From Azolla caroliniana (taxonomy: Eukaryota > Plantae > Polypodiophyta), in assembly GCA_043228905.1 (NCBI GenBank), contig JBHGNT010000003.1, positions 868,001 through 932,000 of the forward strand: DNA of 64,000 bases. Reading direction: 5' to 3'. This document shows positions 25,870 to 39,200 of the stretch, piece after piece. Every line of letters starts with the position of its first letter. Within the stretch, counting starts at the first letter, position 1. The notes beneath the pieces were generated by a model. It did no database searches. It was not told the origin of the DNA and worked only from the letters and a program-made list of their open reading frames with translations. Position numbers and translations under genes: made by a program.

Positions 25870-25946
25870 CCAATGAGACAGTGCCATGTGTCATGACGAC
25901 CAATCAGCACTCGCCACGTAATCGTCTCAACCCCAAGCACCACGTA
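25870..25946 (+). promoter_or_regulatory. Tandem ERSE-like CCAAT-N9-CCACG elements plus ACGT boxes
   Basis: CCAAT-cagcactcg-CCACG at 25900-25918 matches the consensus exactly. CCAAT-gagacagtg-CCATG at 25870-25888 has one mismatch. An extra CCACGTA lies at 25940. Confidence 0.5.
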
Positions 25947-27501
25947 GACTAAATTACGAGAAATAATCACTTCGTTTTAATCGCTTGATTATTTATTTGC
26001 AGAGAGCAAATTAAATTTACTTCTCATTTTTCTTACTTAAACGATAAATAAATAAATCAGCGAGCACATTGTATTTCCATTTTATTCTGTGCTTTTTTGT
26101 TTTTTCCCAATTGTTACTCTTTTTCTTATTTTTCCCCGTATTTCTTTATATTTATTTATTTATTTATTTTCTTCATTCATTCTACGACTTACCGTTTCAC
26201 TGCAGGAACAATCTTCTCACAAAAATGTATATATATATAATCATTTGTCCCCGAAACCATCGACTTCGATTGAATTGAATGCATACCTACGCTATTCCAT
26301 TCAAATCATCTGTCTCTCCGTCTGCCTATCGCATCCGCGGATTGACTCTTACCTGTCTGTCAATCTAATAATATGTGTCCACAAACATCACCACATTCCT
26401 CCATTCTTTCATTCCTTCACCAGAGATCACGCTATGTCTGTTCTTCCGATCACAACAGATTGTACTCACGACACGCACCATCAAGATGTACACACATGTA
26501 TCTGCCGGCAGTTCTCTGCATCGACATCAGTTCACCCCTTTCCCCTTTTTTTTTAGCAGACAGATCCAACAATCCGGACTTTGATCAGTAAATCCTTCCA
26601 AAATGACCACACTCTCTCTCACAAATTAAAACATTTAAGACTTGTCTTGGTCCAGTTCAGAACGCCAAACAAGCCTTGAGAATTGTCACATATGCATCGA
26701 CCTCATAACGGTTCTAACACCCAATCAATCCACAGCCTGTTCATCACCATCCTAGCCTAATGAACACACAATCTAAACAATAACTAGTCCAGAAACTAGA
26801 GAGAAACAATAACCACGCACAACTATTACCAGAGAGAATCGCTCCCATCCCCTCCACCCAAAAAAAGAGGTCTTCAAATCAACAAATATACATCATCATT
26901 CCGACATGGGAGGCAGGAGAAGATACAAGAGAGTAATAGTGTATAGCAAAGACATCACTGATCAAGAAAATAAAACATTATAAGCTAAAAAACGAGAAAC
27001 ATTTACACTTAATTTAGCGCAGCAGACATGGAAGTACAAAAGAAAGATCAGAAATGAGGAAATGGAACCGATTATACCAGGGAATACCGATGGTAATCAG
27101 CACTGAAAGGAGTATAAGCAATCAGTTCATGCTTTCTCGGGGCTGATAACAAGTGGGAGAGGAAAGGGAACGGATTCAATGCCTATTACAAAAATGCCTC
27201 CGTTTCATGGGGCAGAGAAACAAGCAAAACCTTGAGAAGACGAGAGATAGACGACGAAGAAGAAAACTCAGAAAGCAAAGAAAAGGAACGGATGAAGTCT
27301 AAATAAGACAAGGATGGGTTCAGTGTAGTCTGAGAGGGATTAGACAAGAGTGTATCCTGAACATGAATGAATGGAAGGCGGGGATAATTTAAGAGCATGT
27401 CGTAAGAAAGAAGGAAGAATGGATTACTGTGTAATTTTATATGAGGAGGAATGATGGAAGATCGAATAGATTTCTGGGTAAGAAATAGGAAAGTGCGTTT
27501 T

Positions 27502-28398
27502 TTAAGCATGCCTCCACGGTTCGTGGAGCAGATGAAGCACGCACGAATCACAAGAATCCACGGTATCATTCAACTTGTCGAGGTTGGCGATCGCTGAAGC
27601 CATCCATTCTTGGTCTAGAACCTCGTCAAGAAACGCATTCCCCTCACTGTCGAGCTCATTCAAGAACCAGCTAGTATTGTCAGGAGAAGCGCAGGTAAAC
27701 AAATCATTTCCAGAGTTGGAAAAGAAATCTGTACGAAACACAGTGTTTGGATCAAACCCCAGACCTCCGCTATTCAGGTCTAGATTACAATCGTCTTTCT
27801 TTCTTTCTTCTTCTTCATGTGGAGGATAGCAACGGCCGTTCTTGATATCTTGGCCAGCTCTCATGGAAACTGTATCACTGCTAGCGCTGCAGATATGGTC
27901 TCCATGAGAAAATGTGTGACTATAGTCCCTTGCTCCAGAAGGTATAGAAACGCCACGAAAATGGCTCTGGACTTCAACGTCATTATGGTTATTTTTGCTG
28001 TGATAATTGTGAAGAACAGAGAAGGAGCCAGTACTGCTCCCAATGCTAGACTCCGCTTCGCTGCTACAACTTTGTAATCTGACTCTAGATTTTACGGACT
28101 CTTCCTTATGAAGGTGGAAAGAATTTACTGACGATGCAGGTTCTGAAGCGCGTGTTGCATATTTGTTTTGGCATAGCTGTGCAGGATTCAATGAACGAAT
28201 ATGATTCTCAGAGACACAGCAAGAAGATGATGATGAAGATAGTGATGGTGATGAGGAATTGGAAGAAGAGAGACAGGAAGAGGACGAAGAAGAAGATAAC
28301 TTGATATTTTGGCGGAGGCGACGACGTTTCTTGAACGAATGGTCGTCCATGATATAATGACGCTTGGCAGAAGGAGAAATCCGGGAAGAAGACGACAT
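27502..28398 (-). CDS. Intronless uncharacterised 298-aa protein: basic NLS, poly-Ser, acidic/aromatic C-terminus (possible transcriptional regulator)
   Basis: An 897-bp ATG-TAA ORF in GC-elevated, non-repetitive DNA. It has KKRRRLR, a Ser tract, LDLN and WFLNELD..FLDEVLDQEWM. It is flanked by a pyrimidine-rich leader (to about 29250) and a long trailer. No family recognised. Confidence 0.6.
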   Translation of the reverse strand: MSSSSRISPSAKRHYIMDDHSFKKRRRLRQNIKLSSSSSSSCLSSSNSSSPSLSSSSSSCCVSENHIRSLNPAQLCQNKYATRASEPASSVNSFHLHKEESVKSRVRLQSCSSEAESSIGSSTGSFSVLHNYHSKNNHNDVEVQSHFRGVSIPSGARDYSHTFSHGDHICSASSDTVSMRAGQDIKNGRCYPPHEEEERKKDDCNLDLNSGGLGFDPNTVFRTDFFSNSGNDLFTCASPDNTSWFLNELDSEGNAFLDEVLDQEWMASAIANLDKLNDTVDSCDSCVLHLLHEPWRHA

Positions 28399-29894
28399 GT
28401 TGATGACTATGATTATTATAAGACAGGGAAGAATCGAGATCTAAAGGAAATCCGCGAAGAAGACGTCATATTGATAACTATAATTATTAACTCTCTGTGT
28501 ATGTTCTCCTGCCTTGAAGAAGTATTAGTTACAGCTTCAATGGTGACTTTTATGAGTTTCAGCATAAGCCTCGAAGCACAAACTGAAAAATTAAGAGGAG
28601 ATAGAACATACGCAGAGAAGAAATATAAGTTCGCAATCTAGATAGAACTTCCGCATTCGCGACTGTGGAGCAGCTACTGTGGCGGATTATATGGAGACCT
28701 TGATGCGTGGCGTTGCAGCGTAGATATCTGAGAAGAATGCAATCCTGGGAGAATAGGGGCTACTTGTGGCAGGAAGACGTTCCAAAACAGTTTTTTAAGT
28801 CTGCATAAACGCCAGAGAGGCCAGTTTCAGAGGCCACTGATGCAAGGTTGCAGTATGAATCATGTTGAGGCCATACAAAAATGGAATACACGAAAACAAG
28901 ATGAGGAAGAAGGTCGCCAAAGTCGGGATTAACACTCTATTGCCTTCCAGGGAGAAGCAGATGATGCAGGTTTAATGGATGCTTGGCTAGGAATCGGTGC
29001 AATATATTGAATGTTACTCAGGAGGGAGAGAGACAGGAATGGAGATAAACAAGGGAACAGGAGTACAGAAAAGGAAGGGAGGAAGCGAAGAATTTTTCAG
29101 AGAACTGGCGGAAAAGAGATGGCGAAGGCGAAGGTTATGGCTATGGCGATGGCGATGGATTAAGAGGAATGAGAGTCTGCAGAGAAATCAGAAGGAGGAG
29201 GGGAAGATGAAGGAGAAAGAAGGAAAGAAAGAAAGAAAGAAATGAAAAGGAGAGAGAAAGAGAGAATCATTAAATTAAAAGGAGGGTGTGTATTTGTTTT
29301 TTAAATAGAGTAAATAAATAAATAAGAATTTTTTTTAAAAAGCGAAAAAACAAAATATAGTTTTTAAAAAAGAAAAGTAGCCTTTCTATTTTTTTCCCGA
29401 AATCCAAAAAACCAAAATTTATTTACTTTTTTAAAAGAACGAAAATAGAAAAAACGGAAGAAGAAGAAGAAGAAGAAATGAAAAGAAATGCAGAAATCGA
29501 GGAAGAAGTACACGCACAAATAAATTTGGAAAATTTAATTTCGAAAAAAATAATAATTAATTATTAAAACATTAAAATTAAAAAAGAAATTAATGTAGTT
29601 ATACATAAACAAACATGCGGTTTTTTTTTACCTCTTCTTTTTTACGGACCCCTTTTTTTAGACCCCCAAAATAAAACAAATAAATAAATGGTGATTTTGT
29701 TAAATAAATATGGAATTTCCTGTATTTTGTTTTTATTTTTTTTGGGGGGGGAGGGGGGCTATTTAGTAATAAATATATGTTGTCAAAAGTTTTGTAACTT
29801 GCATGCAACGTTTCACACTTTGGAGTCTCTAATGTCCGGACAAGAACCAATGGAGTTAAAAAGAAATAGTAGAAAAATATGTACTATATAGATA

Positions 29895-30085
29895 TTATAT
29901 GTACATAGATGTATGTATGTATGTATAATGTGTATATATGTATGTACCGTATATATACTGTATATGTATGTATGTATGTATGTATAAGGCATTTATATGT
30001 GTGTGTGTATGTGTATACAATATATATATAGATATATGTACATATGTATGTACATGTGTGTATATATATATATATATGTATTTAT
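29895..30085. repeat. (AT)n/(ATGT)n microsatellite
   Basis: Directly visible simple repeats. Confidence 0.85.
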
Positions 30086-31399
30086 GCAGATTTTTAAGAC
30101 CGTGGAGTCCTCCTCATGTGGCATATTAGAGACATCAATATTGGATGGCAAAGAAGAAAAGGGCCATTCTCTTTGATCATTGGGTTACACTATTTGAGTG
30201 TCCCATATTCGACGGTGACAACAGAAGAGAATGGAGATCACAATGAATATGTGGGCCTCTTCTGTTTGAGTTGACACTAAAGGCCAAAGCAACAAAATCT
30301 GCATCTTGCCTATTTGTTACGCATGAAGATTTGACAAGCCCGTTGAGAACACGCCTTACAAGGAAAGGTTCCCCAACCAAAGCCGAAGAGGGCTATGATG
30401 GTTTATTTGTTTGTAGAGCCAACAAACAAAGAAGACGAAGTGAGCTTCTAACCATGGATGCAAGACAATGAGGAGACTCGTGTAGTTATGGCCAGCCCTG
30501 AATTATGGTTATAAAGTTGTCAAGAGTTCTACTTTCTCTTTCTAGTTCCAAATTACTTGAAAAGTTGTGACCATGCCCAATACCTTGTTCCAAATTGGTT
30601 TGAAAGTTGCCTCCACCTTCTTTACCAAATAAGCATTCACTATATATATAGGAATGTCTATTTGTTTTGTTATTTTCTTACAATAGATGCATAACATAAT
30701 ATGAACATTGGATCACAAGGCCGAAAAGATAAATTCGTTACATGTGGCTTGACATCGTTCAACTACGTGGTGATCATACTTCATTGTTGATATTGAGAAA
30801 CACATGCAATTTCGAGAGCTTTAGGAACTTTATTGTAAAGTCTAAACCTGAAGGAGCCAAAACTAAGATGCACCAATCTTAAAACAATAAACATACGAAG
30901 AGACAACGAGTATACAAAGGTTTCATGTTTGTGCATATGGGAAGGGACACGAACAAGGAGCTTACAAGTTTAGATGTTGATCATAACATTCGAGGTTTTT
31001 ACCTGCGAAAACATGTCCAAATCATCGACATTTGCTACGAAGGCACTTCATTGATGCAAAATCGATTGGTTTCTACGCTCGTCGGCCACGCATATTCTTT
31101 TTTATGCCATATTGGCATGTGACTATTTATCCACTTAATGGAACGTTGGCTTTGCATTTAGCTTTCATATTCTCTGAGGGAATTCATTTTTCACCCTTGT
31201 TTATTACCATTAATTATTTGACTTTGAGAGAGAGGATTGCATGATAATTGATATACAAGAGATAGTTCAAAAGACAACTTTTGCGAGTGGTTTAATCTCC
31301 TTTGTTATTATATTAATGTATTGAAGGGGTTAATTACAGAATTGTTAATGTGATGTGGACATAGCCTTTTACATTCATCCCTATTAATATATCAAGTTA

Positions 31400-31930
31400 A
31401 GAATAGGAGGAACTATGAAAGTTTTGCCCTAGATATCGTCTTTGACATATATAAACAACAAGAAGTCGATCTCTCATTAACGTGTCTGTTAACATTGTAT
31501 ATCCTCACAAATGTCATGATGAATGTGAATCTCAACAAGATGTTCATTGCACCTTGTTCGGTTGCTATTGCTATATTCATCATCTTGTTGACTAATATGA
31601 TCATGTAAGCAAATATAGGCATCCTAACTGTTGTATTGTATTGATGCTTTCACACTCATAATAACGGCAATATCCATGTCCTTATTATACATTGGCTCCG
31701 ATGATGGATCGGGTTTCATATGATATCTCGTTCTTTACATTGCAACATGGATTGTCTCTTCGTTGAGCATAAAGGATGTTGACGAATATATGTGTCACAA
31801 CTAAAAATATGAGGGCCCATAATAATACATTGAGTGTGTGGTTGGCATGTTTGACAAGATGTCCAAAAACATAAAGTAAACCACTTTTATGGTGATCACG
31901 TTAATTCAATTGTTATCCTTCACAATCTAT
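31400..31930 (+). pseudogene. Possible degenerate PIF/Harbinger-type transposase remnant
   Basis: Broken frames give VAIAIF, IECVVGMF (compare IERAFGIL) and VILHNL (compare CCILHN) in the expected order, with many stops. Confidence 0.25.
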
Positions 31931-34900
31931 AAATCTTTTGTTATAACTCAAACTTAACCTCAGTTAATGGTATATGTAAGACCCAAAGTCATTATTTTGA
32001 TAATAGGCCAGTAAACATGGCATCCATTTCTTTTATTTCTTACCATCAAATGAATAGTTTGAATATGTATTGAGGTTGTGGTATTTGGTAATGGTTCACA
32101 AGTGATATTGTTATTTTTTTCAATTATTAAATAAATATTTTGTATCACACCTCAGTACAAGAAGATTGGACATGCAAGTGTTTTGGACATATTGTAATGG
32201 TTTGTATGCGGTTTCTTTCTATTTACGAAAAAACATGTTGAGCGTGCCCCACTGTAGCCGTGAAGCTAGGTCTCCAAGGGTTTCAAAAGAAGTCAGGATA
32301 GACTTATGTGAAAAAAGTGATTTCAAGCATGCCTCACTCTCGTAAATTTGGGTACATGAGAGTATAGTTGTGATTATATGTGTTGGGATAATGTATTATT
32401 TTGACCAAAGATCGTCCTCTACAAATGCCACAAGTGATTGTTCGTTTTTTTCTCATAAAATGCTATACAAAATATAGTCCTTTTTCCATGTCGCCCGTGA
32501 AGTCTCAATAGCTCATACGAACATTTGTCATGTTAAAGGTTGTCCATATATGGTACAAAAATGGCGATATCTTTCCCGATTGACCCTAGAAATTTAACCA
32601 TGGTAAACATTTGACATCATTCGTTTCTACTCTTTTAGTGGGATAACTCATTGCTAGAAATGAAAAATAATCACATTCTTCTGGATGTTTAGCTAAGGAC
32701 AGTCGTTAGGTTTATAAATTTCCTAACATTGTAGATACGGTTTGGGGTTTTATTACCAATTATCAACAACCACAATTTAATTTTTTATCCTTTACAAGGT
32801 TGTTCCAACACTACTAAGGGAGAAATGCATCGTTTCTTGTGCGCTTCTTGGATGACAACCACCTTTTATTGCCCAACGTTTCATACTAGGTGTTTTGGAA
32901 GAAATCAAAAGAAGAAAAAGGTGAGATTGCATTGTGCAAACTACTTCCGGTGGACACATTTCACACTTTATCACGTAGGATATTAAAATTGCACAAAAAC
33001 TAGTAAACAAGATCGAATAAAATAATAAACACATGCATATTCATCGATATATTGTTGGAGAAAATGTTACCTTATGATACGGGTGAAACGCCTACAAAAT
33101 CATATATATCTGTTAATCCACCTATGCGTACCTTCTTCATCTTTCCCGTGTTTTATTAGTCATCCGACTAGCAACATAGGTTCATCATTATGGTTTGGCA
33201 TGGCTGAAATTTTATCAAGCCAACTATTCATTAGCTTTCATTGGTATATGTGTGAGTGTGTATTACTCTATGACATGACCTCCAAACATATAATACAATT
33301 AAAAAATGTAAATGTATACAACTTTTGCAAACTAAATCTTTGTGTTTCCTAACATTTAGTTATTTAGTCTTACATCATGTCTGAGACAAACCAAATAAAT
33401 TTAGTGTACACATGGGTAGACACGAAATGAGAGGGATATGTGTATAAAGAATCAATTACCTCGTGTGATAATTGATGTTGAATAACATCAATTGAATGTT
33501 AGTCTAGATGGCTTGCGTTAGTGATGCTACAATCTCATTGCAATGTATATAAGATACTTAATGTTGTGTTAGAATATCAATGTAAGGGGAGATCTTTACA
33601 TCATGCTAGTAATGGGGTTACTATCTATTAGATTTGGTTGGGGAGATGAGGTTTTGAACATCACAGATGATAAAAAGTAAAATCATCGAGGGAGAAAGAG
33701 GGAAATGAACATCAACCACGTCATACATGTGAATGAATGAAGAATCCAGTGAGGCAATTTGATAAAAAATCAACGTCCATGAGTTGAATTTAATGCGCAT
33801 TATGCATAGAGGCATCAAGTGAACCGGTTAAGAGATATCATCTATACCCAGGTCAACTATTAGCATATACTCGTCTCTTCGTATAGCAGTGATGAAATTT
33901 AAGATCTAGACATGACAATGGATTTCATATAACAAATAAGTAAAGGATTTGCAAAAAAACATAATGTTAGACAACGTTATTTACCATGTAGTTAGAGGAC
34001 AATGCAAAAGTTGTTCACACCATTAGATGAGATTTATCAAGCAATGGACACTAGTGGCAAGAGTTCTTCCATAAGAGTAGACTTCAACATTCACATGGAA
34101 TTATTGTCCATGTGTTAAGCAAAACATTGACCTTGTCGCTCAAAGAATCATACGTGTATTGATCATGCCTAAAAGTTCCATTGTTCCTAAACAAAGACTA
34201 GACAAAAAATGACTCTAATTAGGGGCTATTGTATATTTACTAATCTCAAAAATCGCATCCAAGGATAAAGACTAGAGTTAAAATATGCCTTACTTTTACT
34301 TTACAAAATAATGATTTAGAATCCAAGTTAAAATAACCCTTACTTTTACTTTACAACATGAATGCTTTTAGAGTCCATGTGGCAAGCACATTTAGAGAGT
34401 GTCATGTTTTGCGGTCTTTCTTTCAATGAAATGGATCATTTGAAAACTCCCACATTTACACGACCGATGATGTTATTTTGTCAATTGGTAACATGGCCAC
34501 ATTTTCAACATGAAGTTTTTTGCACATTTTTATTTTTTTCCAGGAGACGTATATTTTTTGAAACCTTGGATCTTATGATATTTGGAAATACAAGATCTTG
34601 ATATATACATTGCTTTGGACGTTTTAATTTGGATAACCCTTATTTGAAACCCTAATTTGGTCCACAAATACATGTAATTTGAATCTTTCTCACATGGATT
34701 TAAGATATAGCAACATGTTTTCGACTTAAGATATTCCTTGATATTGTTCAAGTTTGGATGCTTGGAAATAACATTCAAACAACATGGGGTTTGTGATGTC
34801 GGTCAAGAATCAAGGCCTCATAGTATTTCAATAATGAGGATTCCACTTGTTGTAGTTGAGCTCCACCACACAAGTTGGTCAGTGTTATCATGCCAACTTT

Positions 34901-35947
34901 GAGGAAAGGCCATCAGGATAATAGATTCCCCTTATTTGTGAATAATATATCTAAACTATTATGGAATCATGGAAGCAATGAGCATGATTAACCCGGCCCT
35001 AGAATCCAACAAAGACAACATACATTTTAACTACATATAGTGGATTGATTTTCAAGATTTTCAAGATTGAGTTCTTGTGTTCACCCTAATTTCAAAGCAA
35101 AACAACTATCTCGATTATAAGTGTGAGACTAGTGTCATGTGCAACATGATACAGGAGAGGAAACCAAGTATAGTTTGCACATCTTGCTGTGGGGTGGATG
35201 CCCATGTGTGTTGGGTTTCACAATATAATTTGGTTGGGTCAGTGATCAAACATAAATCTCAAATGTGTATTTGTGTAAGCCATGAGAATTAAGTGTACTT
35301 TGTCAAGTTGGCTTTGGCAAATGGTGTAAACCACCTCTAAACCAATAATAGGTTATGGGTAGCAAACAAGTGTACAAAAAGCATATTATTCAAAACTAAT
35401 CAACTTTGTACATGCAAATGTAATTATTGGAGTACGTGATTCAAACCTTGTATGTCAAAAGTATAAAGCAATGTAAATATCTTTAGAGTAGAAACTACGT
35501 GTTAAGTGGCAACATATACTTAACCTTAACCCACGGGAACATTAAAGTGGGTGCACCAACACATTTATCTTTGATTGCACAAGAAACATATAGGGAACCT
35601 CGTTGTGAGATGGGTTTAAAGAACAAGAGGCAATACAACTTTATTCTATTAAAGGCTAAACCTATAAGAGGGTTTAATTTTAAATATATTTTCTCTATGT
35701 TTGAGGTATTGGGTTTATACATACCTATAGCCTATGCACTTTTACCTTGCTTAACCTTCAATATCTATTTTCTTTAACCAAGTTTTTCTCCTCAAAATTT
35801 AGTCGATCTCATCTATCTCCTAATCCAAAATCATAGTAGTTCCATTCACCCATGCACATACACATGACATTGTCGTTTGGAATAAAGTCTTTGTGCAAAA
35901 ATGTAGGCACATCAACCTGTGCATAGTTTCTGATGTGGTTTATTATA

Positions 35948-36260
35948 GGGAAAAGTACCAGGATACCCCTGGAAGTTCATCTATTTACCAGAATGCCCCT
36001 GGAAGTTCCAAATTTACCAAACTACCCCTATGTCAAAAAATTTACACTTTATAAAGTAATTATACACGCAAATCTACAAGCCCTATTTACCAGAATACCC
36101 TTAAAACACGCATTTCTTTTCTTAAGAGATTCTTTGGGTCCTTTGTACTTACTTTATAAAGTGTATTTTTTTGGACATAGGGGTAGTTTGATAAATTTGG
36201 AACTTCCAGGGGCATTCTGATAAATCAACGAACTTCCAGGGGTATCTTGGTGCTTTTCCC
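35948..36260. mobile_element. Mutator-like MITE, 313 bp with ~110-bp TIRs
   Basis: Left end GGGAAAAGTACCAGGATACCCCTGGAAGTTC...ACTTTATAAAGTA mirrors right end TACTTTATAAAGTG...GGTATCTTGGTGCTTTTCCC. A perfect 9-bp TSD TTTATTATA flanks it. Confidence 0.92.
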
Positions 36261-39200
36261 TTTATTATAATACATTAGGTTGTGTGTTGTTTTGGTGTAG
36301 GGGTATCACCACAAATTACAATCATCAAATTGTAGTGATTGGTCAAGCTCGAGACTAGTTTAAGCCATTGAGTGTCATCAATTTCTACAAACTTCACATA
36401 TCAATTTATCATGGGAGTAATTTGCTCGCATCATACATGGTTATATAATGGAAGATGTGTACTTTTCATATCATAGATCTCCTAGTGATTTTATTATTTG
36501 GAATAGAATTTGGGTAGATATATTCTATTCCCTCTGTTTTTGTGTATACCATGGTGCCTTGATGAGGAACATGTGCATGCAAACTCATGCTCTTGACAAT
36601 CGGTTGGAAATGTTGTGTCAATAATCTAAATTTGTGTAATTGTTTTGAAGATTATCGTTCATCTTTGTCTCTTTTAGTAAAGTAAGCTCTAAAGAGAACA
36701 TTGTTCATCACTCTAATAAATACTTCTTGAAAAATGTGACATGGCATTATATCATCTTTCATATTCATTTATTGGTACTTGTATTTACCTTGTCCGACAT
36801 GTCTTTCTTGATTGTATACTCTAATATTTCCATCACACAAAGATTACTTGAGCGACATTTAAGCTTAAAACCAGAACTAGATTTACTATTTCAAACAAGA
36901 ACCCAAGGCCCATCACACAACCATGTCATTGACATATTGGTAGTCGCATGGTTACCATTCTCATCATTCTTTCTGAAAAATAGATTCTTGATGTGCTCAT
37001 GCTCATCACAAAGTGGCAATCTACATCCTCAACGCTCCACAAAATAAACTATATGATATGGTGGACAATAAGTGGGAGACCAATTTTTAGCAACATGAAC
37101 TATAAAACAATTCTTGGTGCAAAATGGAAATGATGCGTTTTGTCGAAGTTAATGCACGCCTTACGCAAGGTTCCATCGATCACAAATATATTCACATATG
37201 CAATTGAACATTTTGTATGATGAAGAACTATGAACTAGATTGGATTTATCATGCCAAATCGTAAAAGGCCATGATGTTTATTTGGTTGCGTTGAGGAATT
37301 TCCAAGGAATAACTAAGGGTACTTGTCAAAAGTAACCATTATGCATAGGGTAATATCAATGATATTAGGGTATAGCCTCGGTCAAAAAGCGTAATTGAAA
37401 GTGTGTTATTCCCCCTAATAGCAAAAAGGAAAATTCGTCATCTAAGGCTTTGGAGACCCTAAAGTATTGGTTATTACATTGTTTACAAGGGTATGCTTTC
37501 ATTATGTTGATTATGACTAATTTCTCTCCAATAATTGTTCACTTGACCGACATGTTAAGTCATCTTTTAATATGCTCCTTATATTTCTATGGGAATGTAA
37601 GGCCCTATGAAGGGGGCTCATAGCTCACGAGGAGACCTAAAAACATGTCTAGATTTATGTCGTTCATGACTACACAATATATTGTGGAAGCTAGCCAAAT
37701 GGTAGCGACATTATATGGTCGTGCTATTTTTTCTTCGTAAAAATGAGTTATGTCGAATTATGGCTACACCATATCTTCTAGAATTAAGCCAAATGGTAGT
37801 TACTAGTGATTTCTTTCTTCATGTTTGAATATCCATGTAATGATTTCACTCATTTAATGAGTTGTACATTTATGCTTTTCACCTCTACTACATAATGATT
37901 TCTGATTAATTGCTTTCCTTTCATTGTGTCCCACAGGGATCAAGTAACATTCACGCGGTGGGTTCTCTTATCTCCCTAATTTTTGTCATTTCTCCTACCA
38001 ATAATCCCAACTTCCAAGGGTATGGTGAACTTCGGTGCAATGAAAGAAAATAAGAACTAGCATTAGTATGAGGATGGTGTTTGTCGAGTTCAACTGTCAA
38101 GAGTGTTGACAAATGCAAGGTTTTATATTACAAATCATTTATATAATCTCTAGAGAATGGACGATGTCGACCAATATATTAAAGCCATCTTTACTTATTG
38201 AAGATTAACTTACTTTATTCATCCATTTTGTTTAGAGAAAACTCGGATTTTATTCCATAAGAATATTGACACCTTTAACCAAAAGTTTTACTTTTTCTGC
38301 CTTGTAAAATGTTGTAAGCATTGGAGGTTTCAGGTGAAATAGCTCTTCTAAAGCAGCCCATACAAAAATTTGTCTCGAAGTTAAGGTGGAACGCAACAAT
38401 CATGGAGTAAAACCAGTCTTTAACTCTTATAAGAAGTGTATGTCCCTTGAAGCATCATTGAAAAGAGAGACAAGCTCAGTAAATCACATACGTGATTTTA
38501 GCATGCCCATCACAAACCTTAATGTCGTGTCACTTTTTATATTGCTAATGGTAATGACTCTCTTAAGTATGAGAGAATGAATATTTCTGACCTCTAAGTT
38601 TGTCATAAAAGTTGAATGTGCACGCTATCGATGACACTTCTATTTAAAATGAACAAGAAAATTAGAGAATAAAGGAAGGTCCTTATCTCATAGCCTGCAC
38701 CGTATTGCACGAAATGCTTTATTGTTTATATTTTTGGCCTTTCCTTTAAAGAATTGATTATTGGTTATGGCATTGGCTTCCTACTTTTTCAACGCATAGT
38801 TTCGAGCCATCTGAATACACTCCAATATCTACGATCTTCAATTTTGCGTGGAGGCATGTTCTCATTATATTTTGTTTTTCACGTTTATCATCGCACAATT
38901 GACCCATTCATGTGGCCTTGCACATGCAAGAGTTTAGACCCAAACGACAAAAACCCATTAACGTTTGAAATGTCCTTTATCATACATTAACCTTATTGAT
39001 GTTTAGATTTACAAAAGGGTTGTTGATACTTTGATAAAAAACACAATTGAGTTTTAAATCACCGCGGTCATTTTTATTTGTCTCAAGTAACGAGTAGAAA
39101 TAATGTTTCCATGGTCGCACATAAATAACTTTTCTCGTCCGTTTTTATGGGGTTTTCATTTTTGGAGGTTGTCTATATGTGCTTGCTTTTGACGTGCTAT

